Shown: positions 1 through 8,404 of the stretch, piece after piece | Layout: every line of letters begins with the position of its first letter | Position numbering within the stretch: position 1 is the stretch's first letter | Origin: Candidatus Bathyarchaeia archaeon | GTDB taxonomy: Archaea > Thermoproteota > Bathyarchaeia > Bathyarchaeales > Bathycorpusculaceae | Direction of reading: 5' to 3' | Length of the DNA stretch: 64,000 nt | NCBI GenBank assembly: GCA_049512075.1 | Contig: JBEKXL010000004.1 | Coordinates: forward strand, 94,166 to 158,165 | Program-made: the position numbers and the translations under genes | Notes under the pieces: generated by a model | Seen by the model: only the letters and a program-made list of their open reading frames with translations | Told to the model about the DNA's origin: nothing | Database searches by the model: none

Positions 1-265
1 GGCTCTCTCGGATGCAACAATGTCCAAGAGCGTAATAATCTTCGGTACAGCGGAAATCATCGAGGACGAACAGAGAATGATACCATACCTACAGAAGCTC
101 ATCGACAAATACAGGGTTCCACTCAACTTCGACGAGTACATGCGCAAACCGGGAAGAAACCGAGAAAGTGAGCTCAAGGCCGCAAGGATTTGCCTCATCA
201 CACCCACGAAGATCACAGGCAGAAAACTACTTCCCACAGAAGGACTTCATCCCACTTCGACATGA
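1..265 (+). CDS. Pyridoxamine 5'-phosphate oxidase-like/NimA family flavin-binding protein, 5'-partial
   Basis: C-terminal pattern SVIIFGTAEII...ITPTKITGRK; frame is open to the window edge. Confidence 0.6.
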   Translation, partial: ALSDATMSKSVIIFGTAEIIEDEQRMIPYLQKLIDKYRVPLNFDEYMRKPGRNRESELKAARICLITPTKITGRKLLPTEGLHPTST

Positions 266-436
266 CCCAACCTTTCGTATTGGTCCAACAATATGCAAGC
301 AATTTCTAGGCGATTCACAGGGGTCTCGATCCCACTTAACTCGGAAAACAAGGTCACCTGCGTACGTGTTCTCGACTAAGGATTCAGAATTCACAAACAA
401 TTTATCCGTAGCAAGACAAAGCCACACGCAAGGTGC

Positions 437-793
437 ATGTACATGCGCAGGTCAAAGCTTGAAACATATGAGGCAATACTGGGAGCCCTGGCAAAGAAAC
501 CAATGAAAATCGACAGGCTCGCATACAAGGTTGGCCTGGACTGCACTGGTCTAAGGAGAAACCTGGATTTTCTGATTGAAAACGGACTGGTTGAAGAAAT
601 ATTCCTCCCAAAAGGAACATCCTACGCCGCAACAGAGAGAGGAATATCCGTTTTCAAGACTCTTGACTTCCAGAAATACTTCAAGAAGATACAAGACACT
701 CTCATAGCTATAGACAAAGCCATGAGAATAGTGCCGGAAGTGTCAAAGCGTACGGAAAAGTCAGAAAAAGAACTGTCTGACGAAAAGTATTAA
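437..793 (+). CDS. Winged-HTH transcriptional regulator (ArnR1/HTH_45-like)
   Basis: RRSKLE..ILGAL, helix-turn-helix, and YAATERG wing. Confidence 0.75.
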   Translation: MYMRRSKLETYEAILGALAKKPMKIDRLAYKVGLDCTGLRRNLDFLIENGLVEEIFLPKGTSYAATERGISVFKTLDFQKYFKKIQDTLIAIDKAMRIVPEVSKRTEKSEKELSDEKY

Positions 794-824
794 ACAGTTG
801 ACCGTGCCTTCCTGACGGAGAACG

Positions 825-1814
825 ATGAAGCAGATTTCCCCCGAAGCCATCTGGAACATGAATGAGAAGGAACTTTCAGCCTTTCTTGAGAAGAACCTAC
901 TGCGTTCCAGAACAAAGGAAATCCGCTTCTACGCCCCGAGTTTCATGTACTACAAGACGAGTTATTATCGCTCTTCACCGACAATTTTTCCAACAATCTC
1001 AGTAACTGGTAAGAGCTGTGCGCTCAACTGTAAACACTGCGGCGGCCTGGTTCTGGAAACGATGCACCCAGTTAAGTCATCTGAAGAATTGTTTGAACTG
1101 TGCGTCCAGCTGAAGAAAAAAGGCGCCCTAGGATGCTTGATAAGCGGTGGATGCCTGCCCAACGGGTCAGTGCCAGTTGGAAAATTCATCGACAGCATAG
1201 CCAGAGTCAAACGGGAGCTAGGCTTGACAATTCTGGTGCACACAGGCATAATCGACGAGACTACTGCCAAGGCGCTGGCGGAGGCCAAGGTGGATTCAGC
1301 CCTGGTAGACATTATCGGTTCCAACGACACCATCAAGGAAATATGCAAGCTGAACGTCACAGTCGACGATTATTCTCGTTCATTGAAAGCCCTGCAGGAA
1401 TCGGGCCTCTCATTTGTTCCGCACGTCATCGTCGGGCTTCATTATGGAAGACTCGAAGGCGAATTGCAGGCTCTGCAGATGATACGAAATTACAGGCCTT
1501 CAGCCTTAGTCGTGATCGCGTTCATGCCCATACGTAAAACAGAAATGGAAAAAATCGACCCACCAAAACCTGCGGAGATAGCCAAGGTGATAGCAGCTAC
1601 GAGACTGATATTTCCTGAGACTCCGTTGGTTCTAGGTTGTATGCGTCCTAAGGGCAGGCATAGGGTCGAAACGGACACCATGGCTATTAAGGCAGGCGTC
1701 GATGCCATAGCCTTTCCATCAGAGGAGGCAGTCAGGTTCGCTGAACAACATGGGAGGACAGTGGCCTTCTCATCTCTTTGCTGCTCACAGATATACGTGG
1801 ACTTAACAAGCTGA
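825..1814 (+). CDS. Radical SAM protein, biotin-synthase-like (possibly archaeal LipS2 lipoyl synthase subunit)
   Basis: CxxxCxxC (CALNCKHC), ISGGC, LGCMRP, C-terminal CCS. Confidence 0.7.
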   Translation: MKQISPEAIWNMNEKELSAFLEKNLLRSRTKEIRFYAPSFMYYKTSYYRSSPTIFPTISVTGKSCALNCKHCGGLVLETMHPVKSSEELFELCVQLKKKGALGCLISGGCLPNGSVPVGKFIDSIARVKRELGLTILVHTGIIDETTAKALAEAKVDSALVDIIGSNDTIKEICKLNVTVDDYSRSLKALQESGLSFVPHVIVGLHYGRLEGELQALQMIRNYRPSALVVIAFMPIRKTEMEKIDPPKPAEIAKVIAATRLIFPETPLVLGCMRPKGRHRVETDTMAIKAGVDAIAFPSEEAVRFAEQHGRTVAFSSLCCSQIYVDLTS

Positions 1815-1815
1815 T

Positions 1816-3471
1816 CTACTTCTGAATGGCCACGATCGCCGTCATCACCGCAAACTCTGAGGCAGCCATCGTAAAGAAGATGGGCAGAACAAGGTTTTCA
1901 GCATAGAGAAACGCAACGAACGCAGTAACGATTGGCAGCGCAACCATCACGAACCCGGGTATCAGGGTCAGGATGTAAGTGGTGAGTTTTGAGTAGATGT
2001 TGCCAACAGCGAAGCCTTCCTTCCAGAACTTTCTTGCGAGAAGCGTGAGTTCAAGCATAATGCCAGCAGACACTGCGAGCGCATGTACTAACCCGTAAGT
2101 CAATATCAAGGTAAAGTCTCTTTTCAGGTATACTGCAACAAAGAAGAGCACGACCAGAGAAATCAGGTACGTGACGATTGACAACAATGTTTTCGCCGAT
2201 ATCAGCGTTCTCTTTTTCATCGGAAGGCTTCTTGTGAACGCAGAGGCTAACCCTTCCATTGACAGCAAAGTCGGTGGAAGCAAGAGCGTGATCATCGATA
2301 TTCCGATCAAAGCGCTCAGGGTGACTATTAGGGTCAGACTGCTTAGGGAAGAGAACGATATTGAAAGGATGATTGTTTGCATGGCTGGAAGTAGAAAGAG
2401 GCTTGCAAACGAGGGCACTCTAGAAGCGACTCTCAAGTCCTTGCGAATTATGCCGAGCCAAGGGATTTGGGGCTTGATCTGCGTGTCTTTGACAATTCCT
2501 TTTGCCCTCGGAATGGCTCCGCCTCCGCCGATTGTTCTCACCGTTTGCGTGACCCACCTGTAGCAGAAGAGCGCGACAAATACGTACGCAATGGATGCTG
2601 CTATGGAAGAACCGAGCACAGTGTAATCTGGGGCTCTGGGAAAAGTCAGGTAGGAAGCGAGGAAGCTGTATGAAAATGGATAAATCAGGACTATGAACTG
2701 TAGAATTGAAGAAAAAGACTGAGTCAGAGACGTGAGGTATTGAACGATGTTCCCCGCGAAGCTTACGACTAGGTATGCGCCGAAAGTTGGAAGTATCCAG
2801 ACTATCATGAAGAGAAGTCTGACAAGGGTTTGCCATCTTGATCTTCCGCCGCCTCCTGCAACTCTAGAATAGAAGAACTTGGCTGAACCGATAGTGAGTG
2901 CAACGGCAAAAATCTCTGTTATCACCGTGGCCATAAGCAATATCAGGCCGCCGAGGAGTGAACCGCCGACAAGAAAATAGGCTGAAAGAAACACTACCGC
3001 TGCGGCTATAAGGGGGATGTCGAACATCCTCAGGAAAGACACGAACAGGATGCTTGAGATATCTTGTTTTGTGAGTGGAAAGGCACCTAACACATCGCTC
3101 ATCTTCGATGAGACGAAGCCTGTTGAAACCTGCAGTCCCATGAAGACTATCAGGAAGAGCACGACTGCAAGAAAGGCTGTAACGCTCCCCATAAGTGTGG
3201 GCCAGCTGGCCACATCTCTAGTGGCGGAAGGTGTCGACGAAGTCATGAAGCCGGTCATGGGGAGAAACACTGTGAACCCGAAGATTGCTATGAAGAAGGT
3301 TGTTACGAGTTTGCTGATGAGCGTGCTCGTTCGAGCATTAGCTACAAGTCTCTTGATGTCTGTTCTGCCCCTCTGAGGCAGGGATGAGCCGACGCGGAGG
3401 GAAAAGATAGATTGAAACGATATTTCCTTGTACACGATGCTTGAGAGCTTCCAAATCTCGCGAAGTTTCAA
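1816..3471 (-). CDS. ABC-2-type exporter permease
   Basis: Many hydrophobic TM segments; 2 nt downstream of an ABC ATPase gene. Confidence 0.75.
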   Translation of the reverse strand: MKLREIWKLSSIVYKEISFQSIFSLRVGSSLPQRGRTDIKRLVANARTSTLISKLVTTFFIAIFGFTVFLPMTGFMTSSTPSATRDVASWPTLMGSVTAFLAVVLFLIVFMGLQVSTGFVSSKMSDVLGAFPLTKQDISSILFVSFLRMFDIPLIAAAVVFLSAYFLVGGSLLGGLILLMATVITEIFAVALTIGSAKFFYSRVAGGGGRSRWQTLVRLLFMIVWILPTFGAYLVVSFAGNIVQYLTSLTQSFSSILQFIVLIYPFSYSFLASYLTFPRAPDYTVLGSSIAASIAYVFVALFCYRWVTQTVRTIGGGGAIPRAKGIVKDTQIKPQIPWLGIIRKDLRVASRVPSFASLFLLPAMQTIILSISFSSLSSLTLIVTLSALIGISMITLLLPPTLLSMEGLASAFTRSLPMKKRTLISAKTLLSIVTYLISLVVLFFVAVYLKRDFTLILTYGLVHALAVSAGIMLELTLLARKFWKEGFAVGNIYSKLTTYILTLIPGFVMVALPIVTAFVAFLYAENLVLPIFFTMAASEFAVMTAIVAIQK

Positions 3472-3473
3472 GC

Positions 3474-4247
3474 CTACTCCTCTTCCAGAGCCTTGATTAC
3501 GTCCTGCATCCCTGCTTCCTGCTCTGTCACCTTCAAGAAAATGTCTTCTAATGAACCCTCAGCGTCTTTCACAAGCCTGCGAAGATCGTCAACCGTCCCT
3601 TCCCCCACGATTTTTCCCTTGTTTATTATCGCCACCTTTGTGCAGAGCTTTTCAGCAACTTCCATTATGTGTGTTGAGAATATCACGGCGCCGCCCTTTT
3701 TCGCGTGGAAGGTTATTAGTTCTTTGAGGATTTTGGAGGAGCGTGCATCCAAGCCCACCAAAGGCTCGTCCAAGATTAGCAGTTTAGGGTCGTGCAACAA
3801 GGCTGCAACAATGGCTACCTTCTGTTTGTTTCCCATGGACAAAGCCGCGATTGGAGTGTCAAAGTACTGTTTGAGTTCGAAGGCAGACACGAATCTTTCA
3901 AGCCTAGGGTTCGTTACGCTAGCTTCTAACCGTCTTATCGAGGATATGAACTCGAAAAACTCCCGGGGGGTAAGAGAATCTATTAGAATAACCTCTTCTG
4001 GAACGTAGCCAACCTGACTCTTTGCAGCCACTTCGTTTGAAATGGGTGTGTCGTAAATTTTAACGCTGCCCGCGTGGGGTGTAAGAACGCCCACCAAAAC
4101 CTTAATGGTGCTTGTTTTGCCTGCGCCGTTAGGGCCAAGCAGCCCGTAAATCTCGCCATTATTAACCGTGAACGATAGGTTCTCAACAGCTACAAAAGTG
4201 CCGTAAGTAATAGCAAGTCCTTCTACTTTCACAGCAACCTCTTCCAT
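3474..4247 (-). CDS. ABC transporter ATP-binding protein
   Basis: Walker A GPNGAGKT, signature LSMGN, Walker B LILDEP, H-loop STH; start trimmed to ATG 4247. Confidence 0.92.
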   Translation of the reverse strand: MEEVAVKVEGLAITYGTFVAVENLSFTVNNGEIYGLLGPNGAGKTSTIKVLVGVLTPHAGSVKIYDTPISNEVAAKSQVGYVPEEVILIDSLTPREFFEFISSIRRLEASVTNPRLERFVSAFELKQYFDTPIAALSMGNKQKVAIVAALLHDPKLLILDEPLVGLDARSSKILKELITFHAKKGGAVIFSTHIMEVAEKLCTKVAIINKGKIVGEGTVDDLRRLVKDAEGSLEDIFLKVTEQEAGMQDVIKALEEE

Positions 4248-4544
4248 ACCCAACCTTCCCTGATTGAACCATACGTGCGTTGTCAGTTGCCTTAATACGT
4301 TTCTGTCAGCACCAACCAACAACAACGTCTCGATTTTCGAACTGTTTCGAAGTGACCATAAAACCGAGTTTTTCACATAATGAACGAACTAACTGCCGAG
4401 CCCTCAGAGTGTGAAGCCTCTCCGAGCATCAATAAACCCTGCTCGCCCCAATATCCAGCACGCCTCGTTGACCTGAGTATGCACCGACACCCGTCTGCTC
4501 CATATTGCTTCTTTACAAAAAAAAATTACCATAGACACAAGATC

Positions 4545-4800
4545 AAAAGCCGGGGGTCCTCACCTCCCCCGTAGCCCCGGCTGCTCCGATCATTCAAGAA
4601 CTGTTACCAGACAATGTTACATCTGACGTTACCGACAGGGGAGGGCGGTCAACGACAAAACATCACGAAACAACATTGCGGTCTTGTAGTCCAACATAAT
4701 GTTAGACCTAAACAAAAAAAGCCGGGGGTGGGGGTCAACAACTCAACGCTGCAGCAGATTGCAGTTACAGATTACATCTGACCTTACAACGCAGAGGGGG
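4545..4800. repeat. Degenerate two-copy intergenic repeat
   Basis: AAAAGCCGGGGGT at 4545-4557 and 4717-4729; TTACATCTGAC at 4617-4627 and 4772-4782. Confidence 0.5.
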
Positions 4801-4827
4801 CAATTCTGAAGCTCTGCTGGTCACTGA

Positions 4828-5546
4828 TTACGTCTCTGTGGTGGGCATGCTGTCAGGAACGAATCGCATGAGCTTTTGTAACGAACGCATTTTCTCCCTC
4901 TCTCCAACTCTTGCATTCTGTACCGCTTGCCTGAGAATTTGAATGGACTCGTCCATGGCTCTTCTGTCAACTGGACGGGGAACGCCGTCCTTTCCGCCGT
5001 ACGCGAAAGAGTATTTCACTGGGTCTTTCCAGCTCGGCTTTTCGCCGTAAATCACTTCTGCAACCAAGGCTAGGCCCCTAACCGTCGCGGGTCCGACACC
5101 TCTGAATCCGAGCAGTTCTTCATAGTTAGAGGGCTGGAACTCGTAGACGTCGCGCAGAGTCTTCCAGTTTGTGTTTCTAGGCATCGACAAATTGTCAAAT
5201 GGATATTCTTTCCAATCGTCTTCCGCGCTTCTGGGCAGCCATTCGCCCAGCGACTTCTGGAATTCGGGCCTCAGAGATTGTAGCATTCGGATCAACCTTT
5301 TCGGCTCTTCCTTCGTAAGATCGACTGAGGCCTTTCGACAGCCCTCACTCTCTTCTGCGGTCATGTCCAAGACCGTGTCATGTTTCACGTCGCCCACTAT
5401 CGCACTGTGCGGTTCAACGACAAAGCTTCTAACATTGTCTGAGAGCCAATGATAGCGCCTCGCCGTCCGGTCTTCGGTGCACATGCCCTGTTGCACGACC
5501 GCCCACTTCCTATTATCGGCAATGAAGAATGCGTGGTGATAAAGCT
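4828..5546 (-). pseudogene. DUF763 family protein, C-terminal part (interrupted by integrated element)
   Basis: Frame reads L-YHHAFFIADNRKWAVVQQGM...GVGPATVRGLAL...DPVKYSFAYGGKDGVP; in-frame TGA TAG lies just upstream inside the element. Confidence 0.9.
5541..5546. repeat. Left attachment core AAAGCT
   Basis: TGAT-AAAGCT-ATCA; identical hexamer at 23027-23032; joining the two restores the DUF763 frame. Confidence 0.88.
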
Positions 5547-5643
5547 ATCATTCGGCAAGTGGTGACATCTCCCGCACAATCCCCATTTTTTCTAACGTAA
5601 AGACTGCATCGTTAGCGGGTCTCACTTCTGGAAGGCGTGAACC

Positions 5644-5868
5644 ATGAGTGAAACACAAGAGAAACAGAAGAAAGAGCAAACAGAATGCGGATGGTTTGGC
5701 CACGCGGGTTGGTCAGCTAATCCCAATGACAAAGGCCTGCCTTTCGAATACTGCAAAGATTGTTCGAAACAGGAAAAATGCCGGAACAAGGACTTAGGCA
5801 ACCAGGAAGAGAATGCAATAGAGTCAGCCTATGATCAGATGTATGGACAAGAGGCTGAACAAGAATGA
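5644..5868 (+). CDS. Small Cys-containing hypothetical protein (element)
   Basis: C..G(H)...CKDC....C pattern; ATGA overlap with next ORF. Confidence 0.55.
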   Translation: MSETQEKQKKEQTECGWFGHAGWSANPNDKGLPFEYCKDCSKQEKCRNKDLGNQEENAIESAYDQMYGQEAEQE

Positions 5869-6071
5869 GTGAAAAGGACCAAATCATTAAGCCTCTAGGG
5901 TTTTTGAACAGAAAAGGCAGTAGACTCGGCAACTCAAAAGAGGCCACTCATTTCCATGCAACCGAAAAATATGATGATGGTTTGGAAATTAGAGCCAGGT
6001 GTGTTAAGCTGGCGTGTGAAATGTTGGCAGAAGACATCCTGGTAAAAGAGTACATGAAGGTGAAGAAATGA
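5865..6071 (+). CDS. Hypothetical protein (element)
   Basis: ATGA overlaps at both ends. Confidence 0.55.
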   Translation: MSEKDQIIKPLGFLNRKGSRLGNSKEATHFHATEKYDDGLEIRARCVKLACEMLAEDILVKEYMKVKK

Positions 6072-6190
6072 ACAAGCTAAAAGAAGCAATGTTGACCCTA
6101 GCAGCGATTTTGGGTTTAATTTGGATTTTAGCCACAGACCTTAACGAATTTTCCGAGTGGTTGGAACAACGCGCCGGGAGCTGGCTCTAA
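6068..6190 (+). CDS. 40-aa single-TM protein (not in ORF track)
   Basis: MNKLKEAMLTLAAILGLIWILATDLNEFSEWLEQRAGSWL*; overlaps upstream stop and abuts next ATG. Confidence 0.55.
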   Translation: MNKLKEAMLTLAAILGLIWILATDLNEFSEWLEQRAGSWL

Positions 6191-6502
6191 ATGAAGACAC
6201 GACTCGAAGTGACTGAGAAATTCGTTATCATCCACTCCCGAAATCATGACGACTTCAGCAGCCAATGCGGAAAGATTGAACATGAAGTCTCAGCGCGCTT
6301 TGAAATTGAAATTCCAGCAGAAGTCATAGCCTTGCTTCAGAACCTCAGACAATCTGGAAAGCTGGACCTGATAATTTCCTTGGAAGGCCAGCGCATGATC
6401 GACCTGAGAGATAAGGAACAAAAGAGTCCTTTCATTTCGGACGGCAGCAACGTTGTCAAGGGCAAAAACATTCTGCAAAGAATAGTCGCTTGGGTTCTAT
6501 GA
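6191..6502 (+). CDS. Hypothetical protein (element)
   Basis: 103-aa ORF, last of a tightly coupled run. Confidence 0.55.
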   Translation: MKTRLEVTEKFVIIHSRNHDDFSSQCGKIEHEVSARFEIEIPAEVIALLQNLRQSGKLDLIISLEGQRMIDLRDKEQKSPFISDGSNVVKGKNILQRIVAWVL

Positions 6503-6801
6503 CAGTAAATAGGGTAAATAAACAGGTGAACAGCTTTCAATTCTTAATATCAGCTATCTTGCTTCATAGCGTGGAATGTTTGATGAAATTTGTACCCCAA
6601 GACCTTTAGCTTTGTTAACATTTATTTCTTTACTTACAGCAGCAACGACTACACAGAGACACCTTGAGACTCAGTAAATAGTTTTGAAACATCAAGGCAC
6701 GGAAGTTTAAGGATAGATAAATAAGAATAAACTTACGAATAAAAGGATTCACGGGTTCATGGCAGCCCACGTTTTGTAGGATTGAGAAACACCAAAGTTT
6801 G

Positions 6802-6829
6802 CAGGGCTATTTACTGGTAAATAGCCGTG
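6802..6829. promoter_or_regulatory. 11-6-11 inverted repeat, candidate dif-like recombination site or operator
   Basis: CAGGGCTATTT-ACTGGT-AAATAGCCGTG; arms complementary at 10 of 11 positions. Confidence 0.45.
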
Positions 6830-6911
6830 TTTTCCATGCAGCCGAATAGGTTTAACATTCATAAGTAGTCGGGACGAGAGCTACAAGTGCGGGGTTAAGA
6901 CTGAATAAAGA

Positions 6912-7091
6912 ATGAAGGTCAACGTGGCAAGTAATTTCGATGTCGAAAATAGTTGCCATGATGAATTTCCAGCAAAGAAGGAAGGGTCCGCGTATGGAGT
7001 CCGAGACCGAAACAAAGAAGGGCGGTTCATTATGGAGATTGACGGTGAACTTAGCACGGTGCTAATTATCTCTCAGCAGCCGAATAGGTAA
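6912..7091 (+). CDS. Possible 59-aa hypothetical protein
   Basis: MKVNVASNFDVENSCHDEFPAKKEG...QQPNR*; just below the ORF-track cutoff. Confidence 0.3.
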   Translation: MKVNVASNFDVENSCHDEFPAKKEGSAYGVRDRNKEGRFIMEIDGELSTVLIISQQPNR

Positions 7092-7297
7092 ATGAATAAG
7101 TAAATAAAAGGTTAGCAGAAAGGCTATTCGGTATCTTTCTCGGTAAGTAAAAATATTAATAGGCATTGGGCTAGCCTAGTTCCTTCATATAATTCCTAGC
7201 CAGATTAGAACGATTCCAAGAGCTAAAACAGAGAAGCCTACAGCCATGCAGACATTTTCTAACATGTATTCGCTCATTGGATCCTCTTCAAGAAAAC

Positions 7298-8173
7298 TTA
7301 GCGATAACTCGGATTAGCCCTATTCATCTTTTCAGTCAATCCACGCCACCCGCGCTTTGCATAGCGGTTCGCAGTTTGCCAATCTTCCCATGAGAAATAG
7401 GCTAACAGATCAATGATTTCAAATTGGTAGTCATCGACTAACTGCGAGCTTCGCTGACTACGAAACCAATGAATCCATAGATGCAGCTCATCCGCGATTT
7501 TAACCTGTTCTTTTTTGCCGAGAACTGAAACCATGAAAGGTTCGTCAAGGCCCAGGCGCTGCTTCAGGTTCTTGGATGCTAGCCTATTTGTTTGCCGAAT
7601 ACACAGATAGGCCCACGTTGAAGTGTATGGCAGCTTCTTGTTAACGTCAAGTCTATCCGTGTCCACTGGTCCGTGAACTTTTTTAAAGTTTCTAGTATGC
7701 CGTTGCGGTGACGGAAACAAAAGGGCCTCAGGCTGTTCAATGCTGTTCAAGTGCTGCACGAGAAGAGCTGCCAGGGGTTCTCTTAACTGAATAGCGAATG
7801 GCTTCCTAGTCTTATAGAGTGTTTGAGTGTGCCAGCGTTTCTTCCCTTCCCCATCCACGTAAGAATCAAGTTTCACGTACCTTTTCAGCAGCCGCATTTT
7901 AGAAACCTTGACTACTCCCTCTTTTTCCATGACCTCAAAATTGTTCCGTTTCAACTGAAGAACTTCAGAAACCCTTCCTCCAGTTAGAAAGAGCGTAGCG
8001 AAAAACGCCTTTTGAATCGGCACTGTTATGAGGCTGAACAGTTCCAGCAGCGCGGTCCAGCCTACAAACTCTTCAATGTTCTCCGTTACTGAAAGCCTAA
8101 AATAGTCATGGCTGGCCCAGTATCCAACTCTGCTGGGTTCAAGAGAAGTTAAAGTTTCTATTTCAGAAATCAC
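7298..8173 (-). CDS. Tyrosine recombinase (second, internal)
   Basis: LFLTGGRVSEVL (R), LLKR (K), HWFRSQR (HxxR), FSW, RYA (Y); start tentatively GTG 8173. Confidence 0.82.
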   Translation of the reverse strand: MISEIETLTSLEPSRVGYWASHDYFRLSVTENIEEFVGWTALLELFSLITVPIQKAFFATLFLTGGRVSEVLQLKRNNFEVMEKEGVVKVSKMRLLKRYVKLDSYVDGEGKKRWHTQTLYKTRKPFAIQLREPLAALLVQHLNSIEQPEALLFPSPQRHTRNFKKVHGPVDTDRLDVNKKLPYTSTWAYLCIRQTNRLASKNLKQRLGLDEPFMVSVLGKKEQVKIADELHLWIHWFRSQRSSQLVDDYQFEIIDLLAYFSWEDWQTANRYAKRGWRGLTEKMNRANPSYR

Positions 8174-8404
8174 AATCACCTTCAGAAATACAAAGCTTCG
8201 AAACACGACTTGTGATAGTGCTTCACTGATTGATGACCTAGAATGTTTGTGCAACGTGCGCAAGATTTTGAAACTATCACGTCGCCAACTTCCAAAGGCT
8301 TGCCACATTTCTGTGAGGCACACAGACGGTGCTTGAAGCGGTTAATGTTGTTAGGTTCAAGCGTGACTGTTCTTTCAGAATGTGCCGTTTCCTTCCATCT
8401 CCTT

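Noticed and set aside
7298-8323. Internal recombinase as a protelomerase or shufflon invertase
   Set aside because: The nearby palindrome is short and imperfect, unlike long telomere-resolution sites, and I found no paired inverted sites flanking alternative cassettes.
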